A stretch of 64,000 bases of DNA from an uncultured Clostridia bacterium (GCA_947630975.1 CANRJP010000001.1:18712-82711), one strand, 5' to 3'; shown: positions 1-9,554, numbered from the stretch's first letter. Translations and numbers: made by a program. Notes: a model not told the origin generated them from the letters alone.

Positions 1-120
1 TGTGCTCAAGACCGTTTCGATGGTCTGGCGCTCAAGGTCGGAATCCTGGGTCATTTCAATGTCCCGATAGGCGGAGGAAATCACCACGTCATGATTTTGA
101 TCCAGACGGAAGCCCTTCAT
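1..120 (-). CDS. phage baseplate/tail protein, N-terminal part only (XkdS/GpW-like small baseplate protein); CDS continues beyond the window edge
   Basis: Reverse-strand ATG at 118-120 overlaps the stop of the upstream ORF (TAATG). The translated N-terminus is MKGFRLDQNHDVVISSAYRDIEMTQDSDLERQTIETVLST, typical of small baseplate-wedge proteins. Position in the tail module supports the call. Confidence 0.4.
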   Translation of the reverse strand, partial: MKGFRLDQNHDVVISSAYRDIEMTQDSDLERQTIETVLST

Positions 121-506
121 TATGGCAGCACCCCCACTATAACGGAATAGTTTTTGCTGTGCCGTCCCGCCTCGGGCAGCACATTCGCGCCCCGTATGTC
201 CTGCGATATGTCGTGGTCGCAGCACACGCAGATAACCAGATCGCCGGCGGAAATTTTCCTGTATGTCAGCAGCTCAAGCCCCTCGTGGGTCACGGGCTCA
301 AGCTTGTATCTTGCCGTCCACGCTATGGGTACGCTCACCGACGCCTGGGCCTTGGCCGCTTCGCCCCGCTGCTGTATCAGTCCCAGGGGCTGAACCTCCG
401 CCCTTGTCAGTCCGGCGTCCACGCTCAGCACACGGCCCACGAAGGCAACGCTTAGCTCCATGGACAGCCTTTGGCTCATGTCGTCAAAATATTTCTGTAT
501 TCCCAT
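120..506 (-). CDS. phage tail/baseplate-associated protein (XkdR-like position)
   Basis: 128-aa ORF tightly packed, 1-bp spacing or overlap, in the minus-strand tail operon between the XkdQ-like and baseplate genes. No recognisable motif. Positional inference only. Confidence 0.4.
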   Translation of the reverse strand: MGIQKYFDDMSQRLSMELSVAFVGRVLSVDAGLTRAEVQPLGLIQQRGEAAKAQASVSVPIAWTARYKLEPVTHEGLELLTYRKISAGDLVICVCCDHDISQDIRGANVLPEAGRHSKNYSVIVGVLP

Positions 507-507
507 G

Positions 508-1383
508 CTACATCACCTTGACCTCCGTGTAAAAATCGTTTTCGCTGACGGTGTGCTTCCCGCTCTTTACCCGAAAGCTTCCGTTGGCGAGGAGGCTGCT
601 CAGGTTTATTATTGACGCGGCCTGTATCCGGTGCTGGAGCAGCAGCTTAACGTTATAGCCATGAACCGTCTCGCTTTCGCCCCCGTCCTGCTCCTGCTCC
701 TCCTCGAACTCCTCCGGACTGCCGACCATGCCAGTCTCCTCGGAGACGGTAAAGCTTATGTCGTCGCCCTTGCTGAGAACCCGGGCGTAGAGCTTGCCCT
801 TAATGATGTACACCGATATTCCGCAGACCCGGGCATATTTTTTTATGTTTTCCATCAGGTCGCCGTCCACGATTTCAGCCTCGCCGTAGGTCTTGTCCCT
901 TACCGGCGTAAAATCCTCAATCGGGGTGCCCGTCTTTTCCAGCAGGGCCCGCAGAATGGTGCTGGCCTTTGTTCCGGCGGGGTATTTTATGCTTTCGACG
1001 GTTTTTGCCTCCACATCGTCCACGCATTTAATCACCGTGGCCCGGTCGGCGCCGTTCCATTGGGTTTTTACCCTGTCTATCACGCCGGAAAAAATCACTC
1101 CCGTGTCGTCGCCGTAACCGGCCTCGACGGTCAGCGTCTGCCCTTTTTCCAGCCGGGCGGCGTGATCCCATGTTATGTTGTACAGGGTAATCTCGGCCTC
1201 GTTGGGCTCCATGTCGTCGTCGAAGGGAACCGACACCTCCATGTCAATCTGCTCATAGTCAAAGGTCATGCCGCCGGTGCGGATCAGGCATTTTCGGCCA
1301 AAGGCCAGCGTGGGAGCCTTGGGGATGTCGTCCGCAGCCCATTCCTCCGCCGCCCGCGCCATAGCCTCGGCATATCCGCTCAT
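508..1383 (-). CDS. phage tail protein, XkdQ/late-control-D-like
   Basis: 291-aa ORF following the LysM tail protein in PBSX-like gene order. Acidic central linker EEFEEEQEQDGGESE. Overlaps its neighbour by 4 bp (operon). Confidence 0.45.
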   Translation of the reverse strand: MSGYAEAMARAAEEWAADDIPKAPTLAFGRKCLIRTGGMTFDYEQIDMEVSVPFDDDMEPNEAEITLYNITWDHAARLEKGQTLTVEAGYGDDTGVIFSGVIDRVKTQWNGADRATVIKCVDDVEAKTVESIKYPAGTKASTILRALLEKTGTPIEDFTPVRDKTYGEAEIVDGDLMENIKKYARVCGISVYIIKGKLYARVLSKGDDISFTVSEETGMVGSPEEFEEEQEQDGGESETVHGYNVKLLLQHRIQAASIINLSSLLANGSFRVKSGKHTVSENDFYTEVKVM

Positions 1384-1730
1384 TCGGCTTCACCCCAATC
1401 CGTGTCGGTCACCGACTCCTCGCCGTCATCGACATATAACTGTACTTCGTCGCCGAAATTATCCCATGTCACCCTGTCGGCAGTCCCCGACGAACCCCAC
1501 GGGATAACCGTCACAGCGGGATAGCCTTCGCCCACCCGGAGCTGCTCGAACAGCGGCCTACCGTATATCAAAGGCGCCCCGGCGCAGATCACCGTGCCGC
1601 CCTTGCTCAGAGCGGCGGTAAACATATCCGCCGAGGCGTTGTAACCCAGGGCGATGTTAAACATCTCGTCCCCCAGGGAAATATCAAAATTATATGGTAT
1701 CATCGTTTTTGAAACAGGTATCTTGCTCAT
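1380..1730 (-). CDS. phage tail protein (hypothetical)
   Basis: 116-aa ORF between the LysM protein and the XkdQ-like ORF, overlap-coupled in the same minus-strand operon. Confidence 0.4.
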   Translation of the reverse strand: MSKIPVSKTMIPYNFDISLGDEMFNIALGYNASADMFTAALSKGGTVICAGAPLIYGRPLFEQLRVGEGYPAVTVIPWGSSGTADRVTWDNFGDEVQLYVDDGEESVTDTDWGEAE

Positions 1731-1734
1731 TGTG

Positions 1735-2643
1735 CTATCTCCTTGTGCCCATCAGCAGCCTTGCTCCGACCGTCAGCGTTCTCGGGTCGCCGGGAGTTGA
1801 AAACGCGCCGGGGTTGTTTTTGATTACCCATTCGGCGGAGGTTTTCAGCGTTTTGTAGTGGTTGTTTACCAAATCCCAAAGGTTATCCCCGCTCCGCACC
1901 GTGTGATATACCGCGCCCTCGCCGTCGGTCAGCCGTTTTACACCGGCGTCGCTTTCGGCCTTGGTGTCGTTGCTGGGGCAGCCCTCCACCCGGTCGGCGT
2001 CCACCCAGCCGTCGATACCGCCCCCGTCCGTGGATTTCAGACAATAGGGATGCTCGGCGGCGTAAGCCCCGCCGGTCATTACACAGGTTCCGCGGCTCCG
2101 GCTGAAGGCCGGCATTAGCGAATAGGGCGTCATGTACACGTCTCCGCCCTTGAAGACCACCCGAACCTCCGACTCCGTTCCGGTCAGAAGGGCGGCTGTT
2201 GCCGTCACGGCGGCGTCAGGCTCAACGGCGGGCGGCTCCTGCGTCAAAAACGCGCTGGTCGGAGTGTCGGGATCGACATAGCTGTTTTTCGCTATCCGGG
2301 CCTGCCTCAGCGTTATGCTGAAATCCGCGCCGTTGGCTACCGTACTGGAATGTGTCGATGTAAATTTTGCAATCTGCATCTGCCACAGCCGGCACCGTCC
2401 CGAATAGCTCACCAGCGCTCCGGTCTTTTGCCACTGATAAATCCGCTCCACCGCCGAGGCCGCCGTGAGGCTGTCGCTGTCTACCACCGTGCCGCTGAGG
2501 TCAAGCTGTATCGCGTTGGGGCGCACATGGTCTGTCAGGTCGATGCCGGTCTCCGTGGGGTGGGACGGCAGGTCAACGTTCCTGTCAATATCCTCGCTTG
2601 TGACCGTTATGTATATGTCGTTCAAAAACGCCATAGCTTTCAC
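1735..2643 (-). CDS. phage tail protein with C-terminal LysM domain (XkdP-like)
   Basis: C-terminus YHTVRSGDNLWDLVNNHY...NNPGAFSTPGDPRTLTVGARLLM matches the LysM consensus. Located immediately downstream of the tape measure gene, as xkdP is in PBSX. Confidence 0.6.
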   Translation of the reverse strand: MKAMAFLNDIYITVTSEDIDRNVDLPSHPTETGIDLTDHVRPNAIQLDLSGTVVDSDSLTAASAVERIYQWQKTGALVSYSGRCRLWQMQIAKFTSTHSSTVANGADFSITLRQARIAKNSYVDPDTPTSAFLTQEPPAVEPDAAVTATAALLTGTESEVRVVFKGGDVYMTPYSLMPAFSRSRGTCVMTGGAYAAEHPYCLKSTDGGGIDGWVDADRVEGCPSNDTKAESDAGVKRLTDGEGAVYHTVRSGDNLWDLVNNHYKTLKTSAEWVIKNNPGAFSTPGDPRTLTVGARLLMGTRR

Positions 2644-2756
2644 CCTCTTTTGAGTTTTTCAGTAATATTTTGGTTATCTACAACTCACTTGACAGGCACC
2701 GCCGCCGTAGGCGGCGTTATTCCTCATTCCTCATTCCTAACTCCTCATTATCCAAA

Positions 2757-5700
2757 TCACGCCAGCCTCGGGGCCGGACGCTTCCGGCTCATGCTGTCAA
2801 ACTCGTCCGCTATCGCCTCTTTCACCCATTCCTTGACCCTGCGGGCCAAATCCCGATCGCTTGAGCTTCCGCCGTTGATCGTGAGGTTGAATGTGGGCGA
2901 ATAGTTATTTGTCTCGGACGAGCTGCTGTTCACGGTGGAATAGCCGCCGCCGGACTCCGGCGTGTAGTTCTGGGAATATGGGATAGCCATCTCGCCGGCG
3001 GCTTGAGCCGTATCTCGCATTTGCGGCATGGTTTTTTCCATACCGATTATGCCGCCCTCGATGAGGAATTGGCCTTTTTCCTGCCATACCTTGGAGGGCG
3101 AGCTGATTTTTTGTACCTTGTTGAACTCCGCGTTGACTGCGGTGGCCACGCCGCGAGCCGCTGCCACGGCGGCGGCCTTTCGGGAGTTTATACCGTTGAC
3201 AAGGCCGTTTATCATGTTGGCCCCGGCGGAGGAAAGATTTACCGCGCTGACGGCGGCTATTATCTGGCTTAGTCCGTTTTGCACCGCCGACAGGCAGGCC
3301 GCCATGCCGCTTGTAACGGACGTGGTTATCTCGGTCAGCTTGGCCGTTACCGTCTGCGAGGCCGTGCCCATGGCCGTATCGAAGACCTGCGGAATCTGCC
3401 CCACGGCGGTCTGGGTCTCGGCGACAAAGCTGTTCACCGCGCCGCTCGCCGCCGCAAGTCCGCTCTGGTCTACGGTCAGGTTTACGGCCACATCCTGCGC
3501 TCCGCCCAACTCCGTAAGTCCGGCGTTGAAGCCGCTGCTGAAGTTCATGGCCGAGTTTGTGCCCACGGAAGCAAAGTCTATTCCCATATCGCCAACGTCA
3601 ACGCTGGGAATATTTAAGTCGCCAAAAGTTCCGGAAAGAGAAGATTTCAGGTCGTTGGCCGACGCCTCAACAGAACCCTTGCCATTTTCAATTCCTTTTG
3701 CTACTCCGCTCGAAATTTTTTCACCGGCGGCCTCTGCGACTCCTCCGTCCAGCGAATCCGCGAATCCGCTTAGTCCGTCCGCCGCCTTTTTGAATACGCC
3801 GCCCACTTTATCGCCTATCCAGCTAAGAGCGCTCTTTATGCCGCTGAGTATTTTTTGCAGCGGTTCACAGTTCTTTACCCAGTCCACTATGCCGCTGATA
3901 AATTCTCCTATTTTGCCGACCACCCAGCCGATTATTCGTCCGAGGGAGTCGATGATTGTGCGGAAGGTCTCGCTTTTGTTGTAAGCGATTATAAGCACGG
4001 CGACAAGAGCGACAATGCTGGCTACTATCCGTGTTATGGGGCAAAGCAGCAGGCCCGAGTTAAGCGCCCACTGCGCGGCCGTTTCTATGGCCGTAGCTGC
4101 GGCGGCCAGTTTCTGAGCCGTTACAACAGCCATTATCGAGCCCGCCACAAAACCAAGAATAGGCAAAATGCTGTCCATGTTTTTGCCGAGGAACGCGAAA
4201 ACGCCCGAGGCCAGATTTAGCAGACCGCCGATCAGCGGCCCGGCGGCGGATATTATACCGCCGACAAAATCTCTGACGCCCGAGGCGAAGCCGACTATAC
4301 CGTCAAGAACGTTCTCAGCGGCATTTTGAATTGACGAAAACATTCCCTCCGGCATGGGCTGGCCCACTATCATTTCATACATTCCGCTGACAGCGGTCAT
4401 AACCACATCTTTTATCGCGGATAATAGTTCCGGCCCGTTTGCCTTGATAACGGCGGCGCCGGATTTAAACATCATAACCAGGCCGTTCGCAAAAGACTTT
4501 GCCAATGTGGGCGCAAGTTTTATCAGCGATTTGCCGAGAACAGATATTGCCATTGCCGCGAAATTCATAAAATAAGGCAAATACTTATTCAGTCCGGCTA
4601 TGCCTTTATCGGCCAAAGTTTCGACAGTATTTGCAATATCGCCAATATCCGAATCCTGGAAGCCGTCGCTCATAATATCGTTTAACGACGATAGCGTATC
4701 CGTAAACATTCCCAATAGGGAAACATATTTGCCTGAAAATACCGCGCCGATTTTTTCCTTGAGATCGCCGAACAAATTGTTCATCTGGGCCAGTTTGCCG
4801 GTAGGAGTATTGACAAAGCTTTCGGCCATTCCGCCCCAGCTTTCACCGATAATTTCCTGAATGGCGGCCACTTTTTCCATATCGGTGCCGGTTGTCAGGA
4901 TCTTTTTCTGCGCTTTAGTGACGACAAATCCCTTTTTGGTCATGGCGTCATAAGCGCCGGTGGTCATTTTAGCCAGATTTGTAGTGTAATCGACGATTTC
5001 CTGAGTGGAAAGAGCCGTTCCCCCGCTCATACCGGCGGCGTAATCGGTCACGGTTTTCATGAGGCCTTTAATCGCTTCGGGGTCGGTGAAGTAGGTCGCG
5101 GCTTCGGCGGCCGCGCCGATCATGGCCTCATCGCCGTACATGGTGACTTTTTGCAGTTCTCCGGCATAGTCTTTTATGCTGTTTATTGCCTCATCGGATA
5201 TCCCCATATTTTTAGCGGTGGTCGCCAACTGTGTTTCCATTGCCGTTTGTTCTCCCAGCACCGTCATACAGTTGTTTATCCCCGCTATTGCCGCCGCTGT
5301 GCCGCCGGTCAGGGCGCCTATGCCGACTTTTGCCGCCGTCTTTATTCCCTTGCCGAGAGCGCCGGACACCTTTTTTATCCCTGATGTCAGCTTTTCAAAT
5401 TTCTGGCTTGCCGCCTCCTTTAAAGCGACGGCCCAGTCCTTGGTTTTACTCCAGGCCTCCTTGATAGAGGAACCGACACCTTTAAATTTTTTCCCGCTGT
5501 CTTTCACTTTTTCGGAGGATTGATTTAATCCTCCCAGCTCTTCCTTGGCTTTGTCGGCTTCTTTTGCAATATTCTCAATGCCTTTTGCTGCCCCTTTTAT
5601 TCCTTCAACGCCCGCCGCGGCCTTCTTCGCCGTGTCTTTTATTTTGTCAAGGCCGCCTTCGGCTCCGGTGACAGAGGCCTTCAGCTTATCCATTTCAGCC

Positions 5701-5774
5701 GTGACTTTCGACAGCGGATTGTCGGCTATCTCAAAGCTGATTTTGACAACGTCCTCGCGTACAACGTTCGCCAT
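2757..5774 (-). CDS. phage tail tape measure protein
   Basis: 1005-aa ORF, coiled-coil/Ala-Gly-rich. Contains a hydrophobic TM-like stretch (ITRIVASIVALVAVLIIAY). Sits between the tail assembly chaperone and the LysM/baseplate genes. Confidence 0.8.
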   Translation of the reverse strand: MANVVREDVVKISFEIADNPLSKVTAEMDKLKASVTGAEGGLDKIKDTAKKAAAGVEGIKGAAKGIENIAKEADKAKEELGGLNQSSEKVKDSGKKFKGVGSSIKEAWSKTKDWAVALKEAASQKFEKLTSGIKKVSGALGKGIKTAAKVGIGALTGGTAAAIAGINNCMTVLGEQTAMETQLATTAKNMGISDEAINSIKDYAGELQKVTMYGDEAMIGAAAEAATYFTDPEAIKGLMKTVTDYAAGMSGGTALSTQEIVDYTTNLAKMTTGAYDAMTKKGFVVTKAQKKILTTGTDMEKVAAIQEIIGESWGGMAESFVNTPTGKLAQMNNLFGDLKEKIGAVFSGKYVSLLGMFTDTLSSLNDIMSDGFQDSDIGDIANTVETLADKGIAGLNKYLPYFMNFAAMAISVLGKSLIKLAPTLAKSFANGLVMMFKSGAAVIKANGPELLSAIKDVVMTAVSGMYEMIVGQPMPEGMFSSIQNAAENVLDGIVGFASGVRDFVGGIISAAGPLIGGLLNLASGVFAFLGKNMDSILPILGFVAGSIMAVVTAQKLAAAATAIETAAQWALNSGLLLCPITRIVASIVALVAVLIIAYNKSETFRTIIDSLGRIIGWVVGKIGEFISGIVDWVKNCEPLQKILSGIKSALSWIGDKVGGVFKKAADGLSGFADSLDGGVAEAAGEKISSGVAKGIENGKGSVEASANDLKSSLSGTFGDLNIPSVDVGDMGIDFASVGTNSAMNFSSGFNAGLTELGGAQDVAVNLTVDQSGLAAASGAVNSFVAETQTAVGQIPQVFDTAMGTASQTVTAKLTEITTSVTSGMAACLSAVQNGLSQIIAAVSAVNLSSAGANMINGLVNGINSRKAAAVAAARGVATAVNAEFNKVQKISSPSKVWQEKGQFLIEGGIIGMEKTMPQMRDTAQAAGEMAIPYSQNYTPESGGGYSTVNSSSSETNNYSPTFNLTINGGSSSDRDLARRVKEWVKEAIADEFDSMSRKRPAPRLA

Positions 5775-5932
5775 AGCCTCTCCTCACTCCTTACTTCTTT
5801 TTCTTCATCATCTTTGCGGCCATATCCAGCGCGATATTGGCCTCGTCCACCTCCTGCGGCGTCATGTGATTGAACACATAATCATGGGTGAAATGAGCAA
5901 AATCGCAGAATATCAGCCGCCAGCAGGCCCAA

Positions 5933-6238
5933 TTACGCCTTACTCTTTCCTTCAGCCTTGCCCGCGTCAGCTTCAGGCCGAAAATTACCCTGCATTACCT
6001 CGGTGCCGAAGCGCACAACCTCGTTGAGTTCGTCAGCGGAGTCAAAGTCGTCGGGGGTGAGGCCGCCGGGCTCCACAATGACGTTTTTCAGCACGTAGGC
6101 CGCCATCTTTTCAATGCTGGTGGTGTTTGTGCCGGGGATGTATGTCTCGTCCACGCTTTTCAGCGCGGCGGAAATGCCGTTGAACTGTGCGGTGTATTTT
6201 TTGCCGTTGATTTCTTTATCAACAGTGTAAAATTTCAT
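5933..6238 (-). CDS. phage tail assembly chaperone (XkdN-like); possible -1/+1 frameshift extension to ~5791
   Basis: 101-aa ORF between tail tube and tape measure. An alternative frame continues past its stop (…ERVRRNWACW…MAAKMMKKKK*) and ends 17 bp before the TMP start. This is the canonical G/GT chaperone arrangement. Confidence 0.5.
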   Translation of the reverse strand: MKFYTVDKEINGKKYTAQFNGISAALKSVDETYIPGTNTTSIEKMAAYVLKNVIVEPGGLTPDDFDSADELNEVVRFGTEVMQGNFRPEADAGKAEGKSKA

Positions 6239-6284
6239 GATTGCATATCTCCTTTTAATTTTAATTTTTTAGATAACGGTGAGT

Positions 6285-6607
6285 GGGCTGTAAAAAAACT
6301 TACTATGTAATCTGGAGGCACGGGGGCCGGTCGAAAAAATCGTGCAGAACGGACGAAAATCAGCTCTCGCAGGCGACAGGCGAAGCCTGCCGCCGAGAAA
6401 GCCCTCCCGACGGCGTACATAGGTACGCCAAGGGTGATTTTCGTTCGTAGTTCAAGGGCATAAAAATGAGAAAATTCGCTCGCAAGGGCGAATTTTTTAC
6501 ATTATGCAATTATTTTTATATTTATCGACTTATATTATAACACTCATATTTGCCTTAAATAAGTCATTCAGCCCTTGAACGGTCTGCGCGACTTTTTTTA
6601 CGGCCCC
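6285..6607. repeat. MITE-like TIR element, copy 1 (~323 bp, non-coding)
   Basis: Ends gggctgtaaaaaaa… and …agcccttgaacggtctgcgcgactttttttacggcccc. Its reverse complement aligns over ~180 bp plus ~60 bp at the far end with 45677-46216, and its ends match the 36-bp TIRs of 59937-60130. Fills the gap between the tail tube stop (6618) and chaperone start (6238). Confidence 0.75.
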
Positions 6608-6617
6608 CTCAATTCGG

Positions 6618-7019
6618 TTATATCGCTTCCGTCACGCCGTCAAACACCATGATGGTGAACTCCAGATCCTCAGCCTCGGCGCCCTGGCTGATCTCGGGGG
6701 CCTCCTGAATGGCGCCCTGTTCGCCGCCGTGTCTCAGGCCAAGCTCCTTGTTTATGCACCATACGGGGAAGTTATCCTTCCGTCCCTCAAGGCTGAGGAG
6801 ATACCCCAGCTGAGGGCTTGTGGGCTGAACGGAGAGGGTAAGGGTGTGGATGTTGTTGTTTATCTCGCTCTTGATGATGTCGCCCTGAGCGCCCACCACA
6901 GGCTCAAAGAAGGATTCCTCCTTGGCCCAGGTTATCATGTCCTCGCCCACGCCGGTAATGTACACGCCGCCGATCATTATGGTACAGTCTTTGGCGTTAT
7001 ATCTTGTAATGCGTTCCAT
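6618..7019 (-). CDS. phage tail tube protein (XkdM-like)
   Basis: 133-aa ORF immediately downstream of the sheath gene, in PBSX-like sheath-tube-chaperone-TMP order. Confidence 0.6.
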   Translation of the reverse strand: MERITRYNAKDCTIMIGGVYITGVGEDMITWAKEESFFEPVVGAQGDIIKSEINNNIHTLTLSVQPTSPQLGYLLSLEGRKDNFPVWCINKELGLRHGGEQGAIQEAPEISQGAEAEDLEFTIMVFDGVTEAI

Positions 7020-7037
7020 AATTTTTCACCTCCGAAG

Positions 7038-8105
7038 TTATATAACGGCCTCGCCGATTATGGTTGCCTCATGGATTGCTCCGGCAAGGTCGAAGCTGAA
7101 GCTGCCGTAGGGATACTTGCGGACCAGCCGGTCGTCGGGCGAGGTCTGCTCCCTGAGTACGAAGCTGGTACTGTACGCGGGCTTACCGTCCTCGCCGACG
7201 GCGATTATACCGTTGTTCCAAGCGTCCTTGAGAGCGCCCAGGGTGGCGCTTTCCAGCATGGCGATGCCGTTGTTGTCATAGGGCACCTTGGGCGAATTGT
7301 TCAGTACCTTCTGGGAACGGTAGGCTATATTCTGGATGGTGTAGTCCAGACCGTCCACCACGTCGATATACTCGCCGCCCACGGTCTTGCCCTCGGTGGT
7401 CACAATGTCCCCGGCCTTGGTCACAAGGCTCTGCGCTCCGGCGGCGTGGATCGTCTCGATCTCGGTGTCCGACAAATCCAGCGGGGGAACTCCCTTGATG
7501 ATCATGTTCTTGTAGGTGAATCCCCCGGCCTTGAGACCGGCGGTTGCGCCCACCACAGCAGCCGCCAGATATACGCTTTCATCGGGATAGTACCAGATGT
7601 TGGTGTAGTCACAGCCCGTCAGCTTGAGGCCGTCGATGGTTGTTTTAAGGCTCTTTATCTCGCCGGAAATCTGGGCGAACAGCATCCTGTCCTTTACGGT
7701 TTCGTAGTGCTCCGCCACCGCTTTCCAAGCCTCGGTTTCAGCGCCGGGCATTACGGTCTGCCGCCAGCCGCCCATCTTTCTCAGGTCGTCGATGCCGTCG
7801 GCGGTCGGGGTCTCCTCGTAAAGACCGACGGCAAATTTCTCGGGAATGTCGTCCTGAGTGAGCATTATCTTTGCCGCCTTGTAGACCGCGCTCTCGGTCA
7901 CCGTTCCGCTCTCCCCGTCGCTCTTGACGAAGCCCGCGTCCCGCAGCTCCTCAAGGTTGCGGAACTCGCCGTAAACGAAGTCGCCCAAGGCCTCGGTGTC
8001 AAGTCCCTCGTCTCCGGTTTTGTTCCCATAAATCAGCGGGAACCAGCTCCCCGGCCTGCCCGTGGGCTTCGCCAGGTCGATTTTTACTTTTACGTCCAAT
8101 GCCAT
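7038..8105 (-). CDS. phage tail sheath protein
   Basis: 355-aa ORF preceding the tube gene. Sequence resembles contractile-tail sheath proteins (e.g. IGEAVI C-terminus). A strong antisense ORF (6729-8126 +) is an artefact. Confidence 0.65.
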   Translation of the reverse strand: MALDVKVKIDLAKPTGRPGSWFPLIYGNKTGDEGLDTEALGDFVYGEFRNLEELRDAGFVKSDGESGTVTESAVYKAAKIMLTQDDIPEKFAVGLYEETPTADGIDDLRKMGGWRQTVMPGAETEAWKAVAEHYETVKDRMLFAQISGEIKSLKTTIDGLKLTGCDYTNIWYYPDESVYLAAAVVGATAGLKAGGFTYKNMIIKGVPPLDLSDTEIETIHAAGAQSLVTKAGDIVTTEGKTVGGEYIDVVDGLDYTIQNIAYRSQKVLNNSPKVPYDNNGIAMLESATLGALKDAWNNGIIAVGEDGKPAYSTSFVLREQTSPDDRLVRKYPYGSFSFDLAGAIHEATIIGEAVI

Positions 8106-8163
8106 GTAGATTTACATCTCCTTTGATAGATTTTTTTATTTACGCTGCGCTGTTGCAGCACAG

Positions 8164-8697
8164 TTATGTCACCGTGCGGTGATACTCTCTGCCGTTGACG
8201 GTGAGGTGCTCGATAACGCTGTCAAAATCCTCGCTCTCCTGCCCGGGCTCGCCGTATCCCGGCAGCGGCAGCTCGTCCATGAGCCACAGCACAGCGTCAA
8301 AGCCCTGTCGGTATTCGTACTCAAGGGTTATTAAATTGTCCCTGTTGGCAATGCCGCCCACCGACTGGACAATGACGCCGTTGTCGTTGAGATACGTCCT
8401 GCCGGCCCGGTCAAGCCACTCTCTGGCCTTCACGGCGAGGTTCAGAGACTCGCCGTAATTGTCGGACTGAGCGGTTATGCTCCAGGTCTGGGTGAAGGGC
8501 TTGCGGGCCTTTCCGTCGCCGTATTCGCCCCAGGTGCCGTTATCGGCGCTCATCGGCGTAGTAATCGTGTAGGACAAATACGGATATTTCGGTATCTCCC
8601 CTGTTTGATTGCTCCGTATGACCTGAACGTTCAGATAATTTTCCAGCCCTTTTATGACCGTCTCTCTCACCGCGTCAAGGTTTGCCATCGTCCCCAC
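8164..8697 (-). CDS. phage protein (tail completion/terminator-like position)
   Basis: 177-aa ORF between the head-tail joining genes and the sheath. Positional inference only. Confidence 0.35.
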   Translation of the reverse strand: MGTMANLDAVRETVIKGLENYLNVQVIRSNQTGEIPKYPYLSYTITTPMSADNGTWGEYGDGKARKPFTQTWSITAQSDNYGESLNLAVKAREWLDRAGRTYLNDNGVIVQSVGGIANRDNLITLEYEYRQGFDAVLWLMDELPLPGYGEPGQESEDFDSVIEHLTVNGREYHRTVT

Positions 8698-9052
8698 CTC
8701 CGAACACGCTTATAAACTTCAGCACATAGCAAAATGCGCCGGTAAAGGGGGAATTACCCACGCTGGGTTCCTCCTCCACACTGTACAGATCGCCTCCGTA
8801 GATTACCTTCACTCCCGTTATGTCGCCGAGGCTCTCTTTGGTGTACAAATGCTTGTCCCTTGCCGTCAGCACTCCGTCCGACCGGTAGACCTTGTTTTCA
8901 CTCAGGCCGATGATGGCGCCCCGCATCTTCACCGGCGGCAGCTTCCGCTTTATCAGGTCTCCCTTGCTGTCGTAGGACGAACACTCCTCCGGCAACAGCT
9001 CAAAATCGGAGCTGTACTTGTCTATCAGCCGGTCAAAGTTGTAGTACCGCAT
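8675..9052 (-). CDS. phage protein (head-tail joining region)
   Basis: 125-aa ORF overlap-coupled to its neighbours. Confidence 0.35.
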   Translation of the reverse strand: MRYYNFDRLIDKYSSDFELLPEECSSYDSKGDLIKRKLPPVKMRGAIIGLSENKVYRSDGVLTARDKHLYTKESLGDITGVKVIYGGDLYSVEEEPSVGNSPFTGAFCYVLKFISVFGGGDDGKP

Positions 9053-9053
9053 A

Positions 9054-9554
9054 TCATTCCACCTCGTAGCTTATACTCTCGATCATGTCGCCGGTGTCCA
9101 CAAGGGGATTGCCGCTGCCCTTGCGGTCCTGAGTGAAGGGATGGTTGGGCGGCGAATCAAGGTCGCGGGCATATTCCTTTATGGCCGTGGACAGCGTAAC
9201 GCCCACAGTCTCAAGAAAATCCTCCGGACTCATGCTCCCGTCAATTACCAGCGGCATCAGCCTTTCCGCGGAGGAAAGCACTTCTCCGTTTTTGGCGTCG
9301 AAGCCTCCCCGCAAAAAGGACCTTTCCGAGATTGTGATGTACTGGGTAGTCGGCTTCAGGTGCAGCCCGTGAGCGTGGAGCCAAACGCGCATCTTCGGCG
9401 TGACGGGTATTTTGCAGCCGTACTCATGTATTCCGGCCAGCCATGCGTGCTTTCCGCCCATAACTCCCACCTTAACGCTCCGTCCGTCCAGCCCCTTGAC
9501 CGCCGCCTCCACGTCGGGAAACCTGTTTTTTACCGTCGTCCATTTAACACCCAC
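9054..9554 (-). CDS. phage tail component, HK97 gp10-like family
   Basis: C-terminal PLVDTGDMIESISYEV motif resembles the HK97 gp10 family signature (L-x-D-T-G…S). Sits in the head-tail connector region. Confidence 0.55.
   Translation of the reverse strand: MGVKWTTVKNRFPDVEAAVKGLDGRSVKVGVMGGKHAWLAGIHEYGCKIPVTPKMRVWLHAHGLHLKPTTQYITISERSFLRGGFDAKNGEVLSSAERLMPLVIDGSMSPEDFLETVGVTLSTAIKEYARDLDSPPNHPFTQDRKGSGNPLVDTGDMIESISYEVE

Noticed and set aside
6235-6420. 61-aa minus-strand ORF between tube and chaperone
   Set aside because: Lies entirely within MITE copy 1. Arg/Ala/Phe-rich low-complexity translation.
6729-8126. 465-aa + strand ORF
   Set aside because: Antisense to the tail sheath gene. 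Gly/Val/Ala/Leu-rich composition typical of high-GC antisense frames, with no RBS.
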